From NCBI GenBank assembly GCA_965220965.1, contig OZ244852.1:2720001-2784000 (forward strand): a stretch of DNA of 64,000 nucleotides, in the 5' to 3' direction. Made by a program: the position numbers and the translations under genes. The DNA is from Candidatus Marinacidobacterium sp. GTDB taxonomy: Bacteria > Acidobacteriota > Vicinamibacteria > Marinacidobacterales > Marinacidobacteraceae. Below, in pieces: positions 38,780 through 48,552 of this stretch. Below the pieces are notes generated by a model. It was not told the origin of the DNA, did no database searches, and worked only from the letters and a program-made list of their open reading frames with translations. Positions within the stretch are counted from its first letter, which is position 1; each line of letters starts with the position of its first letter.

Positions 38780-38916
38780 CAACACCCGGGCGGGCCCGCC
38801 CGCCCACGCCCGTTGTCGCGCTGACGCGGTGATTCCGCGTCCGCGCTCCATCCCCGACCAGGGGATCGTGTCCCGGAGACTCGTCTGGAGGCCCCGGGAC
38901 TCTCCGGAGGCTCTCC

Positions 38917-39705
38917 ATGAACCAGTCCGAGGACCGAGCGCGGTCCCAAACCACCGGGAACGGTTCGCTCGCCGTTCTTGAAGCCCGGGCGCTCTCGAAG
39001 CGCTACGGCGACACCGAGGCGGTGAGCGACCTCGACCTCCGGGTGCGTCCCGGCGAGATCTACTGTCTGCTGGGGCCGAACGGCGCCGGCAAGACGACCA
39101 CGATCCATCTCTTTCTCGGATTCGTGGATCCCACCTCCGGGAGCGTGCGGGTCGGCGGTCAGGACGTTTCCGAGGCTCCGCTGGAGTCCAAGCGCCGCCT
39201 CGCCTACATCCCGGAGCAGGTCATGCTCTACCCGAACCTGACCGGCCTCGAAAACCTCGAGTACTTCACCGCGCTCGGCGCCGGCGCCAACCGGAATGGC
39301 GCCGTTTCGCCCAGCGCGCTCGCTGACACCCTGGTCGCCGCCGGTCTCCAGCCGGACGCGGTCCGTCGCCGCGTGTCGGGCTACTCGAAGGGAATGCGCC
39401 AGAAGGTGGGCGTCGCCATCGCCATGGCGAAGCAGGCCGATGCGCTCCTGCTCGACGAGCCCACCTCCGGCCTCGATCCCCAGGCCTCGAACGAGTTCTC
39501 GGCGCTGCTCGGCCGACTGCGCGAGCAGGGCGCCGGCATCCTCATGGCGACCCACGACCTCTTCCGCGCCAAGGAAACGGGAACCCGCGTGGGGATCATG
39601 CGGGAGGGCCGCCTGGTCGACGAGTTCTCGACCGAAGAGATCGGACACGCCGATCTCGAACGCATCTACCTTCGCCACATGGCCCTGACGGGAGGTTCGT
39701 CATGA
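38917..39705 (+). CDS. ABC transporter ATP-binding protein
   Basis: GPNGAGKTT, YSKGMRQK, LLLDEPTSGLDP, MATHD. Confidence 0.95.
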   Translation: MNQSEDRARSQTTGNGSLAVLEARALSKRYGDTEAVSDLDLRVRPGEIYCLLGPNGAGKTTTIHLFLGFVDPTSGSVRVGGQDVSEAPLESKRRLAYIPEQVMLYPNLTGLENLEYFTALGAGANRNGAVSPSALADTLVAAGLQPDAVRRRVSGYSKGMRQKVGVAIAMAKQADALLLDEPTSGLDPQASNEFSALLGRLREQGAGILMATHDLFRAKETGTRVGIMREGRLVDEFSTEEIGHADLERIYLRHMALTGGSS

Positions 39706-41111
39706 TTCGTACGATCGCCAGAAAGGAATTCACCGATCTGCTTCGCGACGGCCGCTTCCGGTGGGCCGCCGCTCTGGTGGGAGCCCTGCTCCTCGTCTCC
39801 CTCGGCGCCGGATGGGTGCAGGCGGACCGGGCTGCGCGTGAACACGCGGCCGCCCAGGCGACCGCGCGGGATCACTGGGAGTCCCAGGGCGACAAGAACC
39901 CGCACTCCGCGGCCCATTACGGCATCTACGCCTTCAAGCCGCGCCTCCCGCTGTCGTTCCTGGACCAGGGAGTCGATCCGTACGCCGGAACCTCCGTCTG
40001 GCTCGAGGCGCATCGTCAGAACGAGTTCCTGATGCGCCCGGCGCAGGACCGGACCGCCGGCCAGCGCCTCGGCGCCCTGACCGCGGCCAGTGTGCTGCAG
40101 CACCTCGTGCCGCTGCTCGTGATCCTGCTCGGCTTCGGAGCGCTCGCCGCGGAGCGGGAGCACGGAACGCTCCGGCAGCTCCTGGCGGCCGGGGTCTCGC
40201 GGAGCCGTCTCGCCGTTGGCAAGGCGCTCGGCGTGGCGGGCGCGCTATCGCTGCTCGTCGTTCCCGCCGCCGTGCTGGGGGTCGCGGCCCTCGTGCTGGC
40301 GACGCCGGGTCCCGCAGCTTCTCCCTTCGCCCGCGGCGCGGTGCTGGTCGCGGTTTACCTCGCCTATTTCGCGGCCTTCATCGGGCTCGCGCTGGCCGTT
40401 TCCGCATGGGCCCGGACCTCGCGCGCCGCGCTCGTCGTGCTCCTCGGGATCTGGGTGGCGAACGGCCTGCTCGTCCCGCGGGTGGCGGTGGATCTCTCCC
40501 GCAACCTGCATCCGACGCCATCGGCCGTCGAGTTCGCGCGGGACATGGAGCGCGACATGGCGTCCGGGGCGCCCGGGATCGAACGGCCTGATCGCGCCGC
40601 GCTCCAGCAGCAACTGATGGAGGAACACGGGGTGCACCATGTGGAGGACCTCCCGTTCAACGAGGTGGGCGTCTATCTCCAGGCCAGCGAGGAGTACAGC
40701 AACCAGATCTTCGACCTGAACTACACCGATCTGTGGGACCGGTTCGAAAGGCAGGGACGGGTGCACGAGACCGTCGGGGTCATCTCTCCGCTGCTGGCGG
40801 TCCGGACGCTGTCCATGGGTCTCGCCGGGACCGATGTCGAACAGCACCGCCACTTCGCCGCCGCCGCCGAGGAGTACCGGCGGGATCTGATGCGCCGGAT
40901 GAACGGCGATCTCGCCGAGAACTCGCGCACCGGGGACACCTACATCGCCGACGCCTCGCTGTGGGAGTCGACGCCTCCCTTCGAATATGACGCCCCGACG
41001 CTGGGCTGGGTCCTGGCCAACCGGTCGCTCTCGCTCGGTGTGCTGGGGCTCTGGCTGGTCGCGGCGGTTCTGGCGGCGGGGGTCAGTTTCCGACGCGCCG
41101 AGGTGGCCTGA
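39702..41111 (+). CDS. ABC-2 type permease (DUF3526-like)
   Basis: IARKEF..RDGR, KNPHSAAHYG, WLEAHRQN, EREHGTLR. Confidence 0.85.
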   Translation: MIRTIARKEFTDLLRDGRFRWAAALVGALLLVSLGAGWVQADRAAREHAAAQATARDHWESQGDKNPHSAAHYGIYAFKPRLPLSFLDQGVDPYAGTSVWLEAHRQNEFLMRPAQDRTAGQRLGALTAASVLQHLVPLLVILLGFGALAAEREHGTLRQLLAAGVSRSRLAVGKALGVAGALSLLVVPAAVLGVAALVLATPGPAASPFARGAVLVAVYLAYFAAFIGLALAVSAWARTSRAALVVLLGIWVANGLLVPRVAVDLSRNLHPTPSAVEFARDMERDMASGAPGIERPDRAALQQQLMEEHGVHHVEDLPFNEVGVYLQASEEYSNQIFDLNYTDLWDRFERQGRVHETVGVISPLLAVRTLSMGLAGTDVEQHRHFAAAAEEYRRDLMRRMNGDLAENSRTGDTYIADASLWESTPPFEYDAPTLGWVLANRSLSLGVLGLWLVAAVLAAGVSFRRAEVA

Positions 41112-41113
41112 CC

Positions 41114-42556
41114 ATGATTCGTCGGGCTGTCTTCCGCCATGAATGGCGGCTTCTCCTCGCCGACCGGGCGCTCTGGATCGCGCTCGTCGGCTTCATCGCG
41201 CTGTTCGGCTACGCGCTGGCGAACGGAGCCGCGTGGCGATCGTTCCAGGACCGCACGGTCGAGGCCGCGCTGGCGGCTAGCGCGGAACGCGCCGAATCGC
41301 TCGCCAGCCAACTGGAGGACATCGCGGCCGGAGGGCAGCCGTCATCGCCGTTCCGGGATCCCCGGCGGGCGAACGTGCTCGGCGGAGCCGCTGGCGCGCG
41401 TTCCGCTGCGCTCGAGCCCGGTCCCCTCACCGCGCTCGCCGTGGGTCAGAGCGATCTCCTGCCCTATGTCTACGACGTCAGCATCTACACGAACGAGTCT
41501 TCCTTCCTGCAGAACGGGGAGGTCGAGAACCCGCTGAACCTGATGGTCGGCCGGTTCGACGCCGCGTTCTTCGTGATCTACCTGCTGCCGCTCGTGGTTC
41601 TCGCCATGAGCTTCCGCGTGCTCTCCGGCGAACGGGAACAGGGGACGCTGGCGCTGGCGCTGTCTCAACCGGTGTCCGCGCGGAGCCTGGTGGCTGCGAA
41701 GCTCACATTCCGGGCGCTCCTGGTCGTCGGGATGGCCATCGGGGTCTCGCTGCTCGGAGCGTTGGTGGCCGGGCAGGCGGGCGCCGACCGGATCCTGATC
41801 TGGTGCGGAACCGTTCTCGTCTACTCGCTGTTCTGGTTTGCGCTCGCCGCGTGGGTGAACAGCCTCGGGCGGTCCTCCGCCTGGAACGCGACGGTGCTCG
41901 TCGGAGCATGGCTCATGCTCGTGGTCGTGCTCCCGGCTGCGGGGAACATCGTGGCCGATGTGCTCCATCCCCTCCCGTCCCGCGTCGAGATGGTGACGGC
42001 CCAGCGGGAGGCCTCGAACGAGGCGGTCAACCGCCGCAGCGAACTCCTCGCCCGCTATCTCGAAGACCACCCGGAGATGGCGGAGGGAGTCGTTGACGCG
42101 AGCGAGAACTTCGCCGCGCTCTCCTGGGCGGCGACCGAGGCGGTGAACGAGCGCCTCGAAGAAGTTACGGCGCTCTACGACGAGCGGCTGGCCGGGCAGC
42201 GCGAGCTGATCGGTCGCTACCGGTTCCTCTCGCCGGCGCTCCTGGCGCAGGAGGCGCTTCTCGACGCCGCCGGGACCGGCGACGCCCGTTTCCGCGAGTT
42301 CCAGACGCAGGTCCGCGATTTCGCCGAGGAGTGGAGGCTCTTCTTCGTCCCGAAACTCCTGGCCGGTGAGCTGATGACGGCCGACGTGCTGGATTCGGCC
42401 CCCGGGTTCCGCTTCGAAGACGAGGCTGGCGCAGAAGTCGTGCGCCGGGCGAGCGTCCCCTTCGGCGCGCTCTTCCTGCTGCTCGGGCTCGTCTCCGGCG
42501 CGGCCGCGGTGCGGCTGGGGCGGGTCAAGCCTCGCGCAGAAGGGAACGACGGCTAG
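41114..42556 (+). CDS. ABC-2 type permease (DUF3526-like), second subunit
   Basis: FRHEWRLL, ALAVGQSDLLP, ENPL..GRFD..F.IYLLPL, EREQGTL, FLSPA..AGT. Confidence 0.85.
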   Translation: MIRRAVFRHEWRLLLADRALWIALVGFIALFGYALANGAAWRSFQDRTVEAALAASAERAESLASQLEDIAAGGQPSSPFRDPRRANVLGGAAGARSAALEPGPLTALAVGQSDLLPYVYDVSIYTNESSFLQNGEVENPLNLMVGRFDAAFFVIYLLPLVVLAMSFRVLSGEREQGTLALALSQPVSARSLVAAKLTFRALLVVGMAIGVSLLGALVAGQAGADRILIWCGTVLVYSLFWFALAAWVNSLGRSSAWNATVLVGAWLMLVVVLPAAGNIVADVLHPLPSRVEMVTAQREASNEAVNRRSELLARYLEDHPEMAEGVVDASENFAALSWAATEAVNERLEEVTALYDERLAGQRELIGRYRFLSPALLAQEALLDAAGTGDARFREFQTQVRDFAEEWRLFFVPKLLAGELMTADVLDSAPGFRFEDEAGAEVVRRASVPFGALFLLLGLVSGAAAVRLGRVKPRAEGNDG

Positions 42557-42637
42557 CAAGCAGCCGACCCCACGGACCGCCCCTCTTCCCCGCGCACCCG
42601 CTCGCGGGGAACGAGGGGGCGCGGCGTTTTCGGCCTC

Positions 42638-44563
42638 CTACCCGACGTGGGCGCGGATCCGCTGGAGCGCTTCCGCGATCCGCTCCTCCGACGCGAGCAT
42701 CGACACCCGGGCGTACCCGGTCCAGCGGGCGCCGAACGCGGTCCCCGGAAACATGAGGACGCGCGCCTCCCGCAGGAGACGGCGGCAGAAGGACTCCGCC
42801 GGCATCCCGAACCGGGAGATGTCCGCCCACACGAAGAACCCGCCGCCGTGCGCGGCCGTCGGGATGCCCAGCTCCTCGAGGCCGTCGAGAAGCAGGCGGC
42901 GCCTCGGCCGATAGATCTCCCGCAACCGGGCCGGGAACGCATCCCCCATCCGGAGCGCCGCCGCCGCGGCGCGCTGCGAAAACAGCGCCACCGGCCCCGA
43001 CATCGCCGCCTTGATCCGGGCGCACGCCCCGATCGCGTCGCTCGGCCCGGTCAGGTAGCCGACGCGGAACCCGGTCATCGCGTAGCTCTTCGAGACGCTC
43101 CCGAGCGTGAGCGTCCGGCGGCGCATCCCGGGAAGCGACGAGGGGGAGAGCACCGGTCCCTCCCCGTCGAGCGCCATGTCGGCGTAGACCTCGTCCGACA
43201 GCAGCCACAGGTGCGCCCGGTCCACGAGCGCCGCGAGTCCCTCGACTTCCTCGCTCCGGGTTCGCGCGCCCGTCGGGTTCTGGAAGTTCACGATCGTCAG
43301 CAGCCGGGGACGCGCCGCCCGCCCGAACGCCTCCTCCGCCGCTTCGGCGCGCATCCCGAAGTCCTCCACCCCGTCGCGCTCGAGGCCCCCGCACGCCACC
43401 GGCGCGAGCCGGCCGCCGGCCAGCGCCGCCGCCTGTCCGTAGGAGGTGTAGTGCGGATCCCCCAGCAGCACGTCCTCTCCCTCGCCCACCAGCGCCAGGA
43501 TCGCGACGGCGATCCCCTCCTGGGCGCCGCCGGTGACGAGCACTTCGGTCCGGGGGTCCCACCGGACGCCGGTGCGCGCTTCCTCCCGGTCGGCGATCGC
43601 CTCGCGCAGCCAGATCTGACCCCTCGGATCCAGCGCCTCGCCCGCTCCGGGCTGCGCGCACGCCGCCTCGATGACGGCCGCCGGCGCGTCGGCGTCCGGG
43701 TCCCCGCGGCCGAAGCTCACGACGTCGTCCAGACGGCTCGCCAACTCCATGAGCGAATACCGCGAGTCGTCGTCGCCGATCGGCTTCGGTTTCGCCTTCG
43801 CCGGCGGGGCCGCCTGGACTCGGGCGCCGAGCGCCAGGGCGGCCGCTCGCTGCGAGGGCGCCGGGGTGCAGATGGACAGCGCCTGCTTCCAGCGCCGCAG
43901 CAGCCCGATCAGGCTGCTCGGGGCGTAGAGGAACCCCACCCGGAACGGCGCCAGTCCGGGGAGGCCGTCCAGCGACCCCACGACGATCGCGCCCTCGGGA
44001 GACCCGCCGAAGGCGGTTCCCCCGGTGGGGCCCCCGCCGTCCTCCAGCAGCGCGGCGCCCAGGTCCACGATGATCAGCGGGCCCGGCGCCGCCGGGGAGG
44101 ACGCCCGCGCCGCGGTCCCGCCCGGAAGGACGGCGGCCACCGCCTCGGGCCAGTCCCCGGGGACCTCGAGCATCGGCTCGGGCGTCAGTTCGAGCGCCTG
44201 GCACGCCGCGTAGACACCGTCGAAGTCGGCGAGTCCCGGGAACAGCAGGGCTCGCCGTCCCCCGTTTTCGCCCCCGTGCTCCCGGGCCCCGGCGAGCGCC
44301 ACGAAGCGCGCCTCCTGGACGCCCGCGGTGATGACCGCTTCGCCGCCGGAAGCGACGCCCGCGGCCTCGATGCGCCGCGCGACCTCGGTCCGCAGCTCGG
44401 TAAGCCCCGGTCGGGGCGTGTAATGCGTTTCGCCGCCGAGGAGCGCCGCCCGGAGCCCGTCCCGGACTTCGGCGGCGAGCCCGGCCGACTCCGCCGGTTC
44501 GGGTGTTCCTTCGCGCAACCGGTGTGTCCGGTCGGCGATGGGAACCCCGCAGAAATGGGTCAT
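42638..44563 (-). CDS. PLP-dependent class I/II aminotransferase with an N-terminal degenerate aminotransferase copy
   Basis: C-terminal domain has VTGGAQEG, QNPTG, SDEVY, GSVSKSYAMTGFRVGY; N-terminal region has THYTPRPGLTELR, ITAGVQEA, GSLDGLPGLAPFRVGF. Confidence 0.85.
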   Translation of the reverse strand: MTHFCGVPIADRTHRLREGTPEPAESAGLAAEVRDGLRAALLGGETHYTPRPGLTELRTEVARRIEAAGVASGGEAVITAGVQEARFVALAGAREHGGENGGRRALLFPGLADFDGVYAACQALELTPEPMLEVPGDWPEAVAAVLPGGTAARASSPAAPGPLIIVDLGAALLEDGGGPTGGTAFGGSPEGAIVVGSLDGLPGLAPFRVGFLYAPSSLIGLLRRWKQALSICTPAPSQRAAALALGARVQAAPPAKAKPKPIGDDDSRYSLMELASRLDDVVSFGRGDPDADAPAAVIEAACAQPGAGEALDPRGQIWLREAIADREEARTGVRWDPRTEVLVTGGAQEGIAVAILALVGEGEDVLLGDPHYTSYGQAAALAGGRLAPVACGGLERDGVEDFGMRAEAAEEAFGRAARPRLLTIVNFQNPTGARTRSEEVEGLAALVDRAHLWLLSDEVYADMALDGEGPVLSPSSLPGMRRRTLTLGSVSKSYAMTGFRVGYLTGPSDAIGACARIKAAMSGPVALFSQRAAAAALRMGDAFPARLREIYRPRRRLLLDGLEELGIPTAAHGGGFFVWADISRFGMPAESFCRRLLREARVLMFPGTAFGARWTGYARVSMLASEERIAEALQRIRAHVG

Positions 44564-45360
44564 TCGGCCAGTTCCTTCCACGCCTGCAGCGGGAGGCGCG
44601 CTCCGGATGCCCGCGCTCTCTCCGCCACCCGATCACAACGGAAGCGCTGTCCGGTGGGGGCGCCGTCTTCCCCTCCGAGGAGCGCGAGCGCCACGAACGC
44701 CGCCCCGAGCGGTTCCGAAGACCCCCACGCCCGCCGGTTCGCTGTCAGCTCCCGCTCCTCCGCGACCGTCATGCCGGTCGGCTTGATCCGGGCCCCCGGC
44801 GTGACGGTGTTCACGACGACGCCGGAACCGCGGCGCTCGGCGGCGGCCGCCCGCGCCAGCCCTTCGACGCCGAACTTGCTGGCGCAGTAGGCCGCCTCGT
44901 CGGCGAAGCCCGACACTCCGGCCCGCGAGCTCGTCAGAACCACCGACCCGCCGCCTCCGGCCTCGAGCGCGGGGAGCAGTTCCCGCAGGAACACGAACGC
45001 CGAGGTCAGGTTCACCGCGAGCGTCTCGTCCCACGCCTGGTCGTCCGTCAACCCCAGGCTTCGGCGCGACAGCACGCCGGCGCAGTGGACGAGCGCCCCC
45101 AGATCTCCGCGGGCGAAAGTGGCGGCGTGCGCCGCCGCGTCGGCCTGGCCGCCCCGGTCGGCGAGGTCCGAGACCAGGACTTGTGCGCCCCCGGACATCG
45201 CGCCCGCCGTCTTCGCCAGCTCCACCGCGCTGCGGTCCACCAGCAGGCAGTGCGCTCCCGCCCGGGACAGCGCCAGCGCCGCCGAGGCGCCGAGGCCCCG
45301 CGCCGCCCCGGTCACGACGACCCGGCGACCGGCGAGCGGACCCCCGACGGTCGAACTCAC
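44560..45360 (-). CDS. SDR-family oxidoreductase
   Basis: VTGAARGLG, HCAG, VNL, SS, YCASK. Confidence 0.93.
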   Translation of the reverse strand: MSSTVGGPLAGRRVVVTGAARGLGASAALALSRAGAHCLLVDRSAVELAKTAGAMSGGAQVLVSDLADRGGQADAAAHAATFARGDLGALVHCAGVLSRRSLGLTDDQAWDETLAVNLTSAFVFLRELLPALEAGGGGSVVLTSSRAGVSGFADEAAYCASKFGVEGLARAAAAERRGSGVVVNTVTPGARIKPTGMTVAEERELTANRRAWGSSEPLGAAFVALALLGGEDGAPTGQRFRCDRVAERARASGARLPLQAWKELAE

Positions 45361-46505
45361 CCGGGCAGCCACCCCCGCAGCAGGCCCGCCGTCAGGAACC
45401 CCAGGTAGTTCCCGAGTCCGTAGCCGAAGATCCCGACGATCACCGCCGGCGCGATCCGCGCCTTCCACTGGAGCGCCATGCCGAGCGCCAGCGCCGACCC
45501 CGGCCCTCCGACGGCGGCCTGGCTCGCGAGCGTCACGGTGGCCAGGTCGAAGCGCGCCAGCCATCCCACGCCGTAGACCACGAGTGCGTGGATCGCGATG
45601 ATGAGCACCATGTAGATGAACAGCCACGGGCCCGCCGCCACGACCTCCCGGACGTCCGAGGCCGCTCCGATCACCAGGAAGAAGAGGTGGAGCGCGAAGT
45701 AGGACAACATCGCGGAACCCTTCAGCCGGGCCACCGCCGGGATCTGCCCGAGCGCCAGCGCGATCGTGGTCAGCCACAGGACTTCCGGCACGCCGGGGGC
45801 CAGCGTCCCCAGGAACCGGGCCATGGCGAGCGCCAGCAGCGGCAGCGCCGCCAGCACCGCCAGGTGGGACACCGAAAGCGCCGCCTCGGTCCAGACGCGC
45901 CGCAGCGCGTCGGAGTCGACGTTGGCCCCTTCGCCCTCGGCCTCGGGCGGCCCCGAGCGGCGCAGGAACACCGCCGCGAGCGCGGAGGCGAGGGCCACCT
46001 GCGCCAGCATCCACGGAACGGTGGACAGGTTGTCCACCACGAACGCCCCGGCGAACAGGCTCGGCGTCATCTCGAGCCCCTGACCGACCGCCGCGAAGTT
46101 CAGACCCCCTCCGAAGAACGCCCCGGCGAAGGTCCCTCCCAGCTTCCAGGTCTCGGATCCCAGCACCCGGAAGAAGAGCAGGCTGGCGATGACCGCGCCG
46201 CAGAAGGTGCCGAGTCCGGCCAGGCCGAATCCGAGCACCATCCGTGGTCCCGCCTTCCTCAGGTCGGCGAACCGGGTGGACAGGACGAACAGCACGATCG
46301 CGTAGGGGATCGCGTAACGCGACAGCGAGTCGAGGAACTCGCTGCCCCGGGGGATGACGCCCAGGTTCGCGAGCAGGATCCCGAGGAGGGTGCAGACGAC
46401 GGCGGAGCTCACCTTCCGGATCACCGGGAAGCGCTCCTCGGCCTCGCGCGCTCCCCACACCATGGCCAGCAGGAACGCCAGCAGAAGCAGCGGTTCGGCG
46501 ATCAC
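45357..46505 (-). CDS. DUF819-family membrane protein (putative transporter)
   Basis: ILLANLGVIP, GAFFGGGLNFAAV, VVDN, ASQAAVGGPGSA, GYGLGNYLG. Confidence 0.85.
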   Translation of the reverse strand: MIAEPLLLLAFLLAMVWGAREAEERFPVIRKVSSAVVCTLLGILLANLGVIPRGSEFLDSLSRYAIPYAIVLFVLSTRFADLRKAGPRMVLGFGLAGLGTFCGAVIASLLFFRVLGSETWKLGGTFAGAFFGGGLNFAAVGQGLEMTPSLFAGAFVVDNLSTVPWMLAQVALASALAAVFLRRSGPPEAEGEGANVDSDALRRVWTEAALSVSHLAVLAALPLLALAMARFLGTLAPGVPEVLWLTTIALALGQIPAVARLKGSAMLSYFALHLFFLVIGAASDVREVVAAGPWLFIYMVLIIAIHALVVYGVGWLARFDLATVTLASQAAVGGPGSALALGMALQWKARIAPAVIVGIFGYGLGNYLGFLTAGLLRGWLPG

Positions 46506-47542
46506 GGCGTCTCTCCCGGCGAGCGCCGCGCGGGCGGCTCGACGTCCACGAACTCCGCCTCCCCGCAGAACAGCGTCCAGTCTCCGGCGGTCGTCGAGGG
46601 GTGCGTCCGGAAACCGAACAGGACGCCGTCGCAGGGGGCCTCCAGGCTCTCCACCGGTTCTCCCAGCAGGTCATGGATCCTGAGGAGCGGCTGCCCCTTC
46701 CGGATCGGACGCTTGAAGTGGTCGGCGGCGCCCCCCGCGAACGGGACCAGCACGCCGCTCCGGCCCGCCATGCGGACCGCCTGCCGTCCGCGCCAGAGCC
46801 GCGGCGCGTAAGCGGGTTCTCCGTCCAGCAGGCCGTAATGGCGGCAGACGTTCGTGAACGCCCGCTTCAGCGTGTCGACCATGTCCCGCAGTCGGCCGGG
46901 CAGGGTCCCCGCGCTGCCGCCGAGCTCCACCGTGATCGCCGCCCGGCCCCGCCCGGTCATCGCCGCCATCGGCGAGCCGGCGGGATGCGGCGTGTCCAGC
47001 ACGATCGTCCAGTCGGGCCCCATCGCCTGCGCCAGTTCGAGCCCCCTGGCGTCTCCCGAGGTCGTGAAGATGGTCTCGCCGAGAAAGCAGATGTTGCCTC
47101 CCGAGTGCACGGTGATCTCGAGGTCCGCGAGCGCCCCCGCGGTCTCGAAGTGGGTCGCCGCCACCCGGTCGGTCAGGTAACCGGCGGACCGACCCGGATA
47201 GATCCGGTTCATGTCGTGGGTGTGGGTGTCCCTCGGGTTCCCCCGCGACATCGCCTCGAACGCCGCCACGTTCATCAGCGGGACAGCGACCACCGCGCCG
47301 GCGAGCGCCTCCGGGTCCAGCTCCCGGGCGAACTCGGTGACCGCGATGACTCCCTCCTGTTCATCGCCGTGGATGCCCCCGTCGAGCAGGAGGACCGGGC
47401 CCGGCCGCCTCCCGTTGACGACGATCACCGGGAAGCCGAGGCCGGTCCCGTCCACCCGCTCCACCGCGGTCACGAAGCCGGACGCGCGTTCGCCCGGCCC
47501 GGCGCCGACCCCGCCGACGGCGAGCATCTCCTTGTGGCTCAT
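46502..47542 (-). CDS. Succinylglutamate desuccinylase/aspartoacylase-family (M14) deacylase
   Basis: GPVLLLDGGIHGDE, DMNRIYPG, VHSG, ITVELG; C-terminal biotinyl-like domain (APCDG). Confidence 0.9.
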   Translation of the reverse strand: MSHKEMLAVGGVGAGPGERASGFVTAVERVDGTGLGFPVIVVNGRRPGPVLLLDGGIHGDEQEGVIAVTEFARELDPEALAGAVVAVPLMNVAAFEAMSRGNPRDTHTHDMNRIYPGRSAGYLTDRVAATHFETAGALADLEITVHSGGNICFLGETIFTTSGDARGLELAQAMGPDWTIVLDTPHPAGSPMAAMTGRGRAAITVELGGSAGTLPGRLRDMVDTLKRAFTNVCRHYGLLDGEPAYAPRLWRGRQAVRMAGRSGVLVPFAGGAADHFKRPIRKGQPLLRIHDLLGEPVESLEAPCDGVLFGFRTHPSTTAGDWTLFCGEAEFVDVEPPARRSPGETP

Positions 47543-48552
47543 CAGGTCTCTCCTTCTCTGTTCTCGACCGCGAAGGCGTCGCGGATCGTCGAAGCCACCC
47601 GCTGGAACAGCTCCCGCGTTCCACCGGCCCCCGCTCCCCCGGTGTGCGGCGCCAGCACGACGCCCGGGGCGCCCAGGAGGGGATGCGAGGCGGGCAGCGG
47701 CTCCTCCCGGAACACATCCAGTCCGGCGCCCCCGAGCCGCCCGGAACGGAGCCGGTCCACCAGCGCCGCTTCGTCCACGAGTCCGCCCCGGGCGGTGTTC
47801 ACCAGGATCGCGCCCGGCCGCATCCGGTCGAGCGCGCCGGCGTCCAGCAGACGGTCGGTCGCTTCGGTGTGCGGCAGGTGGAGGCTCACGACATCCGAGG
47901 CCGCGAGCAGTTCCTCGAGCGAGCCCGCCTGGCGGACTTCCAGCCGGTCCGCCCACACGGTCTCCAGCGGGGTGCGCTGGAAGACCAGCACCCGCATGCC
48001 GAACCCCTGCGCTCGCCGCGCCACCTCCTGGCCGATGGCGCCGAAGCCGACCAGTCCCAGCGACCTGCCGGCGAGCGTCACGATGTCCCTCCGTCCCAGC
48101 CAGTTGAACGCGAAGGAGGACTCGGTCGTCGCCGCCGGCGTCAGGCCCCGGCCCTCGTACTCGGCGCTTCGCACCCCGCGATCCCCCTCCACCACCCGCC
48201 GCGCCACCGCGAGGAGGAGCGCCATCGTGTGGTCCGCGACCGCGATCGCTCCCGGGTGGGGAACCGCGACGACCCGGGCCCCGCGCTTTCGCGCCGCCTC
48301 CTCGTCCACGCTCATGGGGTGGCGCCCGAGGGCGACGATGAGCCGCGCTCCGGACCCTGCGATCTCGGGGGCCCCGACCCGGCGCCGGCGGGCGAGCAGC
48401 ACCCGGGCTCCGGCGACCGCCTCGAGGACCGCGGCCTCCTCGTCCGATGCCGGGATCCGGAGATCGAGGCCGGCGAGCTCCCGGGCGGCGGCCCGCTCGA
48501 CGAGTTCCGGGGGCCGCTCGGCGAACGCGACCCGGACCGGGCGCTCGCTCAA
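47542..48552 (-). CDS. D-isomer-specific 2-hydroxyacid dehydrogenase
   Basis: AVADHT..LLLAVARR, GLVGFGAIG, DVVSLHLP, LVNTARG, GLDVFREEP, APHTG; TTG start overlaps the upstream stop. Confidence 0.92.
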   Translation of the reverse strand: MSERPVRVAFAERPPELVERAAARELAGLDLRIPASDEEAAVLEAVAGARVLLARRRRVGAPEIAGSGARLIVALGRHPMSVDEEAARKRGARVVAVPHPGAIAVADHTMALLLAVARRVVEGDRGVRSAEYEGRGLTPAATTESSFAFNWLGRRDIVTLAGRSLGLVGFGAIGQEVARRAQGFGMRVLVFQRTPLETVWADRLEVRQAGSLEELLAASDVVSLHLPHTEATDRLLDAGALDRMRPGAILVNTARGGLVDEAALVDRLRSGRLGGAGLDVFREEPLPASHPLLGAPGVVLAPHTGGAGAGGTRELFQRVASTIRDAFAVENREGET

